Shown: in pieces, positions 1 through 10,504 of the stretch
Position numbering within the stretch: position 1 is the stretch's first letter
Layout: every line of letters starts with the position of its first letter
DNA from: Massalongia carnosa
Lineage: Eukaryota
NCBI GenBank assembly: GCA_965645245.1
Contig: OZ287067.1
Span: 1,364,001-1,428,000, forward strand
Direction: 5' to 3'
Length of the DNA: 64,000 nt
Program-made: the position numbers and the translations under genes
Notes under the pieces: generated by a model
Databases searched by the model: none
Told to the model about the DNA's origin: nothing
The model's input: only the letters and a program-made list of their open reading frames with translations

Positions 1-324
1 ATCGTAGATATTTTCTGTCCAGTTGGATCGGCCAGTCTACTAGCAATAAATGAACTCGAGTTCTGAGTGGCCTCGAACGTTTCAAGAAGCCGTCAGAGGT
101 CTCTGGAGAGCGCACCGCGGAGTCTCGGCGAAACGTTTGGTAACTAGGGGTAAAGTGGGGGTCAATGCTTATTAACCAGCCAATCGAATTCACTTTTGAA
201 TCTCCTTGTTAAAGTTTTCTTTCCCTTACAAACGCCCTAACAGCTGCAATCTAGAACGTACAGTACTTCGTTAATCTTCTCGGGCATCATAGAATAACCG
301 GTCAAAAAGAGCCAAATCAAAGCC

Positions 325-1029
325 ATGTCCGCCTCGCCATTATCCTCAGCTGGTGGTCAGGTTGCAAAAGACCAAGAACAGATTACATTTCGCTTCTGTC
401 GCGAATGGTGCGTCAACTTTTGCCTCAGTGATGGACGGTCTTACAACGCTAACATTTTGCAGCTCTAACATGCTCTACCCCAAAGAGGACCGAAATAGCA
501 ACAAACTCATGTTTGCATGCCGGACCTGTCAGTTCAGCGAAGAAGCCAAATCCTCGTGTGTTTTCCGGAACAACCTATATAACATCACCGGTGAGACGGC
601 TGGTGTGACTCAAGATGTTGGATCAGACCCTACGGTTGGTTTTCTCGATTTGTGTACACTCTGCGGTCTGGAGATTGGATGTCTCTTTTGTGGAGCAGGG
701 GACAATAGCTCATTGGAAAATGACCTGACAGAGGACGATATTTTGCCAGAGAAAATCAGGTGGAGGCGTCAAGAGCGGAAGGAACCGGTGGAGGACGCCA
801 GTCATGAATCTTAGCTGACATGGCTTTTGCTACAGCTGCCCCGGTCGAACAAGCGATGTCCAAACTGCAACGAAATGGAAGCGGTGTTTTTTCAGTCGCA
901 ACAGCGATCGGCGGAGACCGGAATGGTGAGGCGATTTCTTTCTTGGTCCACCTAATGCCCGGATGCTTATTCCCTGGGTTATAGAAACTCTTTTACGTCT
1001 GCTGCAGCTGTGGGAAGATTTTCCAATAG
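325..1029 (+). CDS. RPB9: RNA polymerase II subunit Rpb9 (4 exons: 325-407, 463-634, 836-925, 985-1029; 129 aa)
   Basis: Spliced product [73 protein letters not shown] has both Rpb9 zinc ribbons. Introns are GT-AG and the exon lengths sum to 390 nt. Confidence 0.96.
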
Positions 1030-1220
1030 AGCACGACATACAGCTTCTCTGGGGTTTGAAACCGGGGAGGGTTGGGCGTTTTGAGGATCTCTTTTAAATT
1101 GATACCAGGCTCGCGAGAGAAATAGGTGAAACAGCGTAGGATAGAATCAATCACTTTGCATGAGGTCCCAGCTTGAAACCTCCATGGCAAAAATGGCTGC
1201 TCTGGGTAGTAACCTATCTA

Positions 1221-1860
1221 TCATACATGCATTGCCGCAAGTGACAAAATCTTTGACCACTGTTTATCTCGAAGCTCGGAACCAACAATGCCTATGATGT
1301 CGTTAGTCCTTGTCTTTCCTCTCAGATATGCGTTGCAGTTCCTTCTCTCGCTTGAAAGATGTACGGGTGACGGCGGAGATGGGTTCGGGCAAGTTCACCA
1401 TTTATTCTAGTGCCCAAGGGCTCTCCGTTCTTGCCAATCAAGGCGCACGCATTATCATCGAATCTTATCACCATGCCATCCTTTCTTTGCAGCTTCTTTT
1501 TCGTTCGAACCACTATCGCATGCCTGATATCCCCTCTCCTGACTTTGTTCCCTGCCGCCGCAGACATTCCACCAATACTACCGAGAGTAGTATCACCAAG
1601 AGACCGCGACTTCTGAACCACGACAATTATTCGATCCCCTTCTAAGCCTTAGCAATTGTGTCTAATCCCAGTATAGAATGATGGTGGAACTGTTTCTACC
1701 GATCTTGGCATGCCGCTTCATGCGTAAATTCGCGACACATTCTACAAGCGTGGCGCCTGAGTTGTCGACACAGTTAAGTATAGTCTGGATTGATAACTCA
1801 TCAGTAAACTCGAAAGCTTACAAGGAGGTCATGTCGCCGATATACCTTGAGTTGTATCAT
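1221..1860 (-). CDS. MRPL38: Mitochondrial ribosomal protein uL14m (4 exons)
   Basis: MIQLK|TILNCVDNSGATLVEC..KIG|DRIIVVVQK..KVRRGDIRHAIVVRTKK..IRFDDNACALI..PLGTRING|IVGSELRDKQWSKILSLAAMHV matches the L14 signature motifs. Confidence 0.93.
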
Positions 1861-2361
1861 CGCGGTAGCATAAAGCTATGATGGCTGACTGTGGACTCCA
1901 AGTGTTTGTCTCCGAAGCACCCGTTCTGCCAAGTCGAAACAAACCGGAGGCTGGCGACAACACGGGAGATCAACACTGCATGGCTAGTGCATCTCAGCCT
2001 CGCTGTAAGGTTGATTTGGTACTTTCTATCCAAGTTTTATTTCTTCCGTCTGTTCCTGCATGAAAGCATGAGTGACAATAACACTCATCATACGAAGTGT
2101 TGATGCGCCCTCATCCTATTCAGCTTCCTTTCAACGAGGGTGCGCTCACCTCGACACAATGGTCCTACGGATTCACTATTGCTATTGTCGATCATATTAG
2201 GCGATTATTTCCTATTGTTTTTCTTAACGTCAATAGCTTAGACCATGTCTTGCCCACTCCTTATAAATCTTCCAGCAACTTCAATTCCAGTCTTTTCCTC
2301 TCTTCAGTACCATCATTCATCTTTGCATCTCCTGCTCAAGAAACCGTCTCAAGCATTAGAC

Positions 2362-4448
2362 ATGCCACGATCAACCGGCCCTTACAAAAAGCAGCGTCTA
2401 ACGCTCGCACAGCTGGCAAAATACGATGACATCTTGACAGATACACTTGTTGATCATGTACGTGGCTTCTGAAAGACATTTTTCTAGAAGTGCGACTAGC
2501 AACTGACCGGTGGTAGGTGTACTTCTGGACTATCATTCGCAAAAACCGCCCCAAATACACTCTCACTCGTGGAATCTCGGAGGAAGACGTTCCTGCTATC
2601 CTACTACATGACGTGATTGTAGCCAAAGATCTGCAGAAAGCCGAAGCATCATTGCTCAAACTCGCAGGGCTTCGAAAATATATCGATGGTCTGAAGACTG
2701 ACGGCGAAAAGGAGAGCTTTAAGCGCCATCTGAGCAAATACATTAATATCTGGCTTCCGGAATGTTCGTTTGAGGTCTCTACCACCAATCGTTATACAGT
2801 CGTGACTCATGAGGCAGCGATCACAGCTCGACGATTTATCAAGAAAAACGAAACCATCAAGTACCTCTGTGGATGTCTAGTGTCGATGACGGAGGAGGAG
2901 GAGAAGGATCTGGACCTGACTCGTCGCGACTTTAGCATTGTAATGTCTAGTCGCAAGAAAACGCCATCGCTTTTTTTGGGTCCAGCACGTTTTGCAAATC
3001 ATGATTGCAATGCCAATGCAAGGCTTGTCACTCAGGGGACAGATGGCATGCAAGTGGTAGCAGTACGGGAGATCCAGGTTGGTGAAGAGATTACGGTTAC
3101 CTATGGAGACAGCTATTTTGGAGAAGGGAATTGTGAGTGTCTCTGTTTGACGTGCGAGAAGGAAGGACGCAACGGGTGGCCTCCACGTGTGCCGAGCGTT
3201 GGATCGAGCGGCACAGCTACTCCCTTCGCAGAATCGGAACTAGACGCAACGCGGCCTTACTCATTTCGAAGAACACGGAAGCATGCACAAATCACTGGAA
3301 GTCCTATGTTGGCAACTCCAGAAACAGATCGCGGAAGTCCGAGGAAGCGGAGAAAAGTCAGTGACATTAGAAGTCCCTCGTCTCTCAGTCTCGGTTTCAC
3401 GGACGGCCAGGTAGAAGGTACTGCCATCAAGACCGAACCTTCTAAGTCTGCCTTGAGACATGAGTTTTTAAGTGTTGGTAGCATTGCCAATCCTAGTCCT
3501 GAATCTAGCAACCTTGAACAAAAGATGGGGCCACCGTCTTTAGAGATTAATATTCGTACAAAAACCATTCACGAAGAAATACGATCAAGCGTACAAGCTG
3601 CTTTTGCAATTGAGCAAGAGCGCAGCTTTCAACAAACTCAACGAGACCGTCAATCCAGTGTCAACGCTGCGCTGCAGCCAGAGATCGATGTTAAAACGTC
3701 AGAAGTGCGCGGGAAAGCACCGACTCTTTTGAACACTCCCGATCAGACACCATCGGGATTGCAAACTCCAAGCGCTCCCAGCGACGTCGTCTCGATCTTC
3801 GACCGCGGCATCGTCAACTCCAGCTCCATCACAACCCCAAGCGCCAGCCTTGAAGTAAATGAAATATGGAAAGCCGCCATCGCAGTCTCAGATCAAGGCT
3901 CTGCCTCCGATAGCGAACTATCCGACTTATCTGACGCTGAGGACTTCGACGACGTCAATCACGTCATTATTCGAACATTCAAGCCTCGTCCTAGGCGCGC
4001 CAAGAAATCTAAGATCATACCAACCATTGAAATCGAGAAACCTATCACCACCCGCGTGCCAGGCGACTACATCCGCACCTCGCTCCTTCTGGGTGAGTCA
4101 TATAGCCGCTGGGTCGATTGCCGTACGTGCGCTGGCTGCTGGGTGCAACCTAACGGCTACTTGACGCGAAAGGAATGCCCGCGTTGCGAGCGGCACAGCA
4201 AGCTTTATGGGTATCAATGGCCGAAGACGGAGAAGACCGGAAGGCGCGACCCCGAGGAACGCGTCATGGATCATAGGACTGTCCATCGGTTTGTTCGGCC
4301 GGAGGAGGAGGCGTTGGTCAAGAAGCGGGGGAGGGGCGTTGAGAAAGTGGAGGATAATATTCACACCGAGAGGAGGCCGAGTTCGGGTTTAGAGGGTGAA
4401 AAGGGAAGCACGGGAAGAAGGGGTCGTGGATCCGGGGTTGGAACTTGA
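2362..4448 (+). CDS. SET9: Histone H4K20 methyltransferase Set9/KMT5 (exon 2362-2457, intron, exon 2517-4448)
   Basis: LAKYDDILTDTLVDH|VYFWTIIRK N-terminus, SET motifs RRDFSIVMSSRKK, LFLGPARFANHDCNAN and EEITVTYG..YFG, post-SET CLCLTCE, and fungal C-terminal CPRCERHSKLYGYQWPKT. Confidence 0.95.
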
Positions 4449-4904
4449 GAGTTCGGATAATGGTTTACTTTTCTTTGGCGAGTTTTTTCAGCAGGAGAGC
4501 AGATTGTTTTGCAAGGAATGCATGCCGAAGATGGGTAAGTCAACAAACACTGGATTGGAGGAATCGCCTATTCAGTTTATTTTTTCGCGGCTCACACAAC
4601 TCGGATGCTGGCATCCAGCTTGTTTGATCACACTGCCAAGCGGTCTCGCTAGGCGTTGGTTATTGCACAACCCTACCTGATATTGGTGGTTTGGGTTCTA
4701 ATCTCGTTTTCTTTCTGTTTCTTATTCATGAATGGTAGGGAAGCGCAGGGAAGCGAAGCGGGGCGTTTTCGAGAAGAAGAAGAAGAGACAGAAAATATAT
4801 GGTCGGATGAACGACGTGTTTATGGAAAACTAACTCTCATACCTCGGCTTCTTAGGAGAACGGGGAAAAGGGGCTAAATGGAGATACCCTATTTCGATTT
4901 CATA

Positions 4905-4968
4905 TTGGAGCTAGATACTTTTGGAGCTAGATACTTTTGGAGCTAGATACTTTTGGAGCTAGATACTT
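4905..4968. repeat. 16-bp tandem repeat TTGGAGCTAGATACTT, 4 copies
   Basis: Read directly from the sequence downstream of SET9. Confidence 0.9.
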
Positions 4969-5350
4969 TGGTAGCGACGAGGACACGAAGCATCAATCTT
5001 TCCATGTTTTTACAAGGGCAGATTGAGACTGGAGAATCTGGGGGGTTTTTCCCCCTTATTCTTTATCGTTGGTTGGGTTGGGTTGTTGGTTTGTTGATGA
5101 TTGGATTAGTAGTTAGTCGCTGAGGTTCTTTTCTTCCCCTTCCTTTTCCTCCCTTTCTCTTTTCTCCCCTGCTGTCTGTTGCAGATGAATATAATGTTTC
5201 TGAAAGTAATAGAATCAACTATAACATGTATCTATAACTATGTACACACCTCCTTCCTCATCACATCTATAATCACGCGGGATATCTTGCCGAAAGCAAA
5301 TGGAAGTTTGTTCATTATTCATTTTCTCCTTTCCTTCAAATCCCCCCCTG

Positions 5351-5942
5351 CTACACCATCGGTCCTCCTCCTTCTACACCATCGGTCCTCCTCCTTCTAC
5401 ACCATCGGTCCTCCTCCTTCTACACCATCGGTCCTCCTCCTTCTACACCATCGGTCCTCCTCCTTCTACACCATCGGTCCTCCTCCTTCTACACCATCGG
5501 TCCTCCTCCTTCTACACCATCGGTCCTCCTCCTTCTACACCATCGGTCCTCCTCCTTCTACACCATCGGTCCTCCTCCTTCTACACCATCGGTCCTCCTC
5601 CTTCTACACCATCGGTCCTCCTCCTTCTACACCATCGGTCCTCCTCCTTCTACACCATCGGTCCTCCTCCTTCTACACCATCGGTCCTCCTCCTTCTACA
5701 CCATCGGTCCTCCTCCTTCTACACCATCGGTCCTCCTCCTTCTACACCATCGGTCCTCCTCCTTCTACACCATCGGTCCTCCTCCTTCTACACCATCGGT
5801 CCTCCTCCTTCTACACCATCGGTCCTCCTCCTTCTACACCATCGGTCCTCCTCCTTCTACACCATCGGTCCTCCTCCTTCTACACCATCGGTCCTCCTCC
5901 TTCTACACCATCGGTCCTCCTCCTTCTACACCATCGGTCCTC
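5351..5942. repeat. Perfect 23-bp tandem array CTACACCATCGGTCCTCCTCCTT, about 25.7 copies
   Basis: Read directly; the periodic translations of ORFs 5179..6033 and 5300..5992 show no variant copies. Confidence 0.97.
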
Positions 5943-6126
5943 ACTACGGAGACGCCAAAGGCCTCACCGTGGGGCAACCGTCAAACATATAGATTTGCTC
6001 CCATCTCTTCGCATCAAAACAATGCTAATTTAACGCGTTCACACGCGTCGCAGACGTACGTACGGAAGAGGATTCGAAGGCCAACCGCCGGGGGGTCGCA
6101 TGCGCGCGTCCCTGCACCATGCTTCT

Positions 6127-6852
6127 AAGGGTTCAAGTCCCTTCATGCAGTCATCAGCTGGAAGAAGATGTGGACCAAAGGAGCCGCATCACCCCCACCC
6201 GGGCACAGTCGACACGCGTTCTAGCTCCTGAGAGTTCAAGTCTCCCCATGCAGTCATCAGCTGGAATCAATAGAACGCGTACAGGCACCGGGGCGAATGC
6301 TGCCACCTCAAAGAAAACTCCATCACGGAGCGGAATAACAATATCTCAGTTAACAGGCCCGGCCTGTTAAATAAAATCGAGGAAAGCACAGCGTCACAAA
6401 ACAAAGTCACAAAGCACATAGTCATAAATCACACAGTCACAAAGCACACCGTCATCAAACACACAGTCATAAACACACAGTCACAAAACACACAGTCACA
6501 AAACACATAGTCACAAAACACACAGTCACAAATCAATAACACGTCCCTGTGTAGGGGTTTCTGCGGGGGCTCGTTAAGGCAGATCTGCATCCCGTTAATA
6601 TCGGAGTACATATTTTTAGAGGTTCAAGTCCTTTCTAGCAGTCATCAGCTGAAAATAATGCATTTTGACACGGGCATGGTGTGGATTTGACACGGGTAGA
6701 CCTCGATGGATCACAAAACGAATGAAAAGAGTTCAGCGGAACTTCGTTAATATTGTTCTCGAAGACCTCGTTAATAAGATTTTCATAGACCTCGTTAACA
6801 ACGTTCGGTCATACCCTTAAAGGTTCAAGTCCTTTCATGCAGTCATCGACTG
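6127..6852 (+). repeat. Four dispersed 34-bp repeats (6127-6160, 6230-6263, 6618-6651, 6819-6852): purine 5-mer + TTCAAGT + pyrimidine 5-mer + CATGCAGTCATCAGCTG-like tail; B-box/T-arm-like
   Basis: Aligned by eye. The core matches the Pol III B-box GGTTCRANTCC in three copies and is AGTTCAAGTCT in copy 2. Confidence 0.85.
6384..6532. repeat. Degenerate 15-bp minisatellite (CACAGTCACAAAACA), about 10 copies
   Basis: Read directly. Confidence 0.85.
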
Positions 6853-7680
6853 AGAGCTAGAGACGTACGACACGGGTCAGCTATGTCTATCACACGGGTC
6901 TCCTTCGTCTACAACACGGAGCCCTCCGGCTGAAAGAAATAAAACATATAGACACATAGTGTAGGGTCACACCCTACACGATACAAGGGATTTGGGTTAT
7001 GAAAACCATCCGATTGATGGCTACCGTGAGCAACACGGCCCGAACCGGAGTCGTACCGGGGATGGTGGAGGCAACCTAGTCATCAAATAGGACACCCTTA
7101 GGGCAAGAAGAGGGCAATATACGAGGAACCCGTTAATTGATAACAGTCTAGGCCCTGAGCTAATAGACGAATTTCAAACGAGCACCCCTCCGAGTTGTCC
7201 TCGACTCGTTTTGGTTAGTAGGGACGGAAAATCGATACTATACTGCCTGGTCAGGAGCATAGTGGTCGAAATCCCTGGGAGACATGGTCGGTTCATAAAC
7301 GGGAGACCTTTATGATTAACGCGAAGGGGGCGTAAAAAACCCGTGAGGCGTGGTATGCAATGGCGGCCACCGTACGGAGACCGTCTGCATAGCCCGAGAG
7401 GACAGTATGCGCATGTCGGTGTATATAGAGCAGGGAATGTCTATCTCGCTCATAACGAGACCCCGTCGGTTCGCCGGCGCATTGGCTACGGCTAGACTCG
7501 CCCTTGATATATGCTTAAGGAGTAAACTGGGTTTGACCTGGGCGAAAGGGACGTCGTTCACCCCAATCGTAGAATTCATCAATAGTCTTGGGCCGTAAAA
7601 CGCACCAGTGAGATGAACGAAAACTGGGATAGAGACTTCACGAAGGAGATGTCAGCTCTATTTTATCATTCTTAGCCCGC

Positions 7681-10504
7681 ATCCTACTCGGTAGTGAGTC
7701 GCAACCAAAAAGTAAACGCAGGGCATGGAAACTTCTGAATTTGGAAAACTTAAGGGAAGCCGAGCGCCACGCACCTCCACCGACGTCTCCCTGCACACCT
7801 GCCGAGATAGATACGAACACAGAATCGATTCAAAAATTCCTACAAAATGTCATCAATGCAGCCGTTCCATGGACGAAACCTAGCGAATATGCTAAGCCTT
7901 TCTGGACAGAAGAATGCAAGATCCAGCGGACTGGTCCAACTACATTGAATCTAATGACAAGAAACAGAAAATTATCCAAAAAGCAAAGAGGACAAATTTT
8001 CGTCAAGAGATCAGTAAGGCTACCGAAACGCCTCAGGGTCTGTGGCGGCTAGCGAAATGGGCCAAAGACAAAAGTCACTCAGCTAGAGAAGTACCCAAAA
8101 TGCCGACTTTAAAGTTCAATAATCAAACAGCAGACACGTTCGATAAGAAAGCCGAAATGCTGAAAAGCATTTTCTTTCCCGCACCACCGGCCGATATAGA
8201 AGGATCCTTCTATCCAGCATCGCCGCACTGTCCAATGATCATCACCAAGTCAGAAGTGTCGAAGGCCCTGCATCGGCTCAAGCCCGATAAAGCACCGGGT
8301 CCTGACGGCATATCTAATAGAGTACTCAAGGCATGCGCGGAAAAACTTGTTGAATTATTAACACCTCTGTTTCAGGCGTGCGTTACACTTTCGTACCATC
8401 CCCGAGCCTTCAAAATGGCAAACACAATAGCATTAAGAAAAATAGACAAAGGAAATTACACCACGCCGAAGGCTTACCGACCAATTGCATTACTCAACAC
8501 GCTCAGCAAAGTAGTGGAATCTATCATAGGATCAAAAATAACCTATTTAGCGGAAACACATCGGCTCCTACCCGACACACAGATGGGAGCGAGAAAGGGC
8601 AGATCTACAGAATCAGCTCTTGAGTTACTAACCGAACAGGTTCACACGATTTGGGGACAAGGAAAAGATAAAGTAGCCACACTTTTAAGCATGGACGTCG
8701 CCGGCGCGTTTGATACAGTTTCACATCAAAGACTAACGCACAATCTACGTAAAAGAAAAATCCCGAAATGGATTACTGATGGCTAAACAGCTTTTTAAAT
8801 GATCGCAGCACAACTCTAGCTATAAATCGAAAAGCGACCGGACGATTCGCGGTGAGAACTGGCATACCACAGGGCTCTCCTCTCTTATCCATTCTTTATC
8901 TATTCTATAATGCAGACCTATTGGAAATATGTGAGCGGCCAGGCACAAACACAAGTGCCATAGGATTTGTAGACGATGCCAACATTTTGCCATACGGAAA
9001 AATCACCGAAGAGAATTGCAAGACTCTGGAGTCAATACACAGACAATGCGAAAAGTGGGCTTCCCGACACGGATCTCTATTCGCTCCGACGAAGTACGAA
9101 CTCATTCACTTGTCTAGAAATCCCAAAAGATTCAATATGGCTGCATCTATCAACATTGCAAGCACCGAAGTTGAACCAAAAACGGACATTAGAGTCTTAG
9201 GCTTGCAAATTGACACCAAATTGAAATGGGGACCGCACGTTCGCAAAGCGCAAAAGAAAATGGTCAAACAATCCATGGCATTGACAAAAATCTCCACATC
9301 GACTTGGGGTGCCACCTTCACCAAAGCAAGGCAAGTTTACAGCGCCGTAGTGCGTCCGGTCTGACATACGGGTCAACCGTATGGCATATGCACAAAGAAG
9401 TCAAAAAGTCAAAAACGTCAACGAGCAAGCTCTCCGTTATGCAAAACTGCCTTCGCAACATAGCCGGTGCCTTTAAAGCCACTCCCATTCCAGTTCTTGA
9501 AGCAGAGACATACATAGCACCCATAGATGTACACCTCGACACGCTACAGGCGCAGGCCAGACATCGACTCCGAGCCGGAGGTCAATCGAAGGTCATTTCT
9601 TCCGCATGCAGCAAAATAGTTAACAAACTCCGAGGCAAGGCAGGTCGCAAACGCCTTCAAAAATCTACTCCGGGAGAGCTGAAGCACACCTAGGCCAAAA
9701 ACTTACTGATCGACGCAAAAATCGTTCAACCACCCAAAGCACACCCACCATGGTCCGACCCCTCCCAAGCGCATCTCCGCGAAGTCTCCGTAGCAGCGTT
9801 GGCTCGTCAAAAACAAATGCAGACAATTAAAGCACGACAGCTGAAAGTCTGGAACGACTCGTGGAGCGCATATCAAAATCGCGTCACCGAACCCTCCATA
9901 GCCCAATCGGTCCCACTGACCAAAAAACGACTGAAAATACACACGCTGCTAAAAAAGGCAGAAAGCGCCCTGAAAACACAGATCCGCACCGGTAAGATCG
10001 GTCTAGCTGACTTCCTCTACCAGCGACGGGTCCCCGCCGTCACCTCACCGGCCTGCCCATGTGGCTGGCACAGAAAAACTCCAGAACACGTAATTATGTT
10101 CTGTAGACTTATTGACAATAGAGAACAGATGTTTCGCGCCGCTGGCACGAACAACTATCAACAGCTGACCGAAGCATCAAAAACTCTAAAGATATTAACT
10201 ACTTGGCTAATGAAAACAGGTCTACTGACCCAATTCTCACTGGCATCTACACTATTGTACAATTAACAGTAGTTTCACTTCTCTTTTCCTTCTTATCTCA
10301 CAAGGCGTCACAGTTCTCACATGATTTTCGCTCTGCGTCTCCAGTCCGACGTCGACCCGGTGTCACATCGGACAGGTATCAAGGGATATGGTTTTTACAC
10401 CTGAAAAAGGTTTTCCATGTAATATAACCTAGATAGCTTTGCCCGCATGGGCCGGCCTACGGCCGGTGACATATCGGAGTATGAATACATCATCATCATC
10501 ATCA
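7681..10504 (+). mobile_element. 5'-truncated, defective non-LTR retrotransposon (Tad1-like LINE ORF2: RT plus C-terminal CCHC; no endonuclease or RNase H visible)
   Basis: RT motifs KAPGPDGI, YRPIALLNTLSK, QMGARKGRST, MDVAGAFDTVSH, GIPQGSPL, GFVDD, IRVLGLQID, followed by FKATPIPVLEAET and CPCG..TPEHVIMFC. Frameshifts near 7920, 8781 and 9359, stop at 9691. (CAT)5 tail at 10488-10502. Confidence 0.93.

Noticed and set aside
353..462. N-terminus of the 153-aa ORF 353..814 as listed
   Set aside because: It starts at a GTG and reads through intron 1; the real start is ATG 325 in another frame.
5179..6033. 284-aa and 230-aa ORFs with periodic sequence
   Set aside because: They arise from a stop-free 23-bp tandem repeat cycling through all three frames; there is no other coding evidence.
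5351..6852. CRISPR array
   Set aside because: The context is eukaryotic with no cas genes. The 23-mer has no spacers, and the 34-mer spacers are very unequal (69-354 nt).
6100..6860. tRNA genes at the GGTTCAAGTCC motifs
   Set aside because: No A-box/D-arm, anticodon arm or matching 5' acceptor strand was found upstream of any copy.
6965..7675. Degenerate ORF, or LINE gag/endonuclease, upstream of the RT
   Set aside because: The best + frame has 7 stops in about 237 codons and no APE (GDFN, SDH) or gag CCHC motifs.
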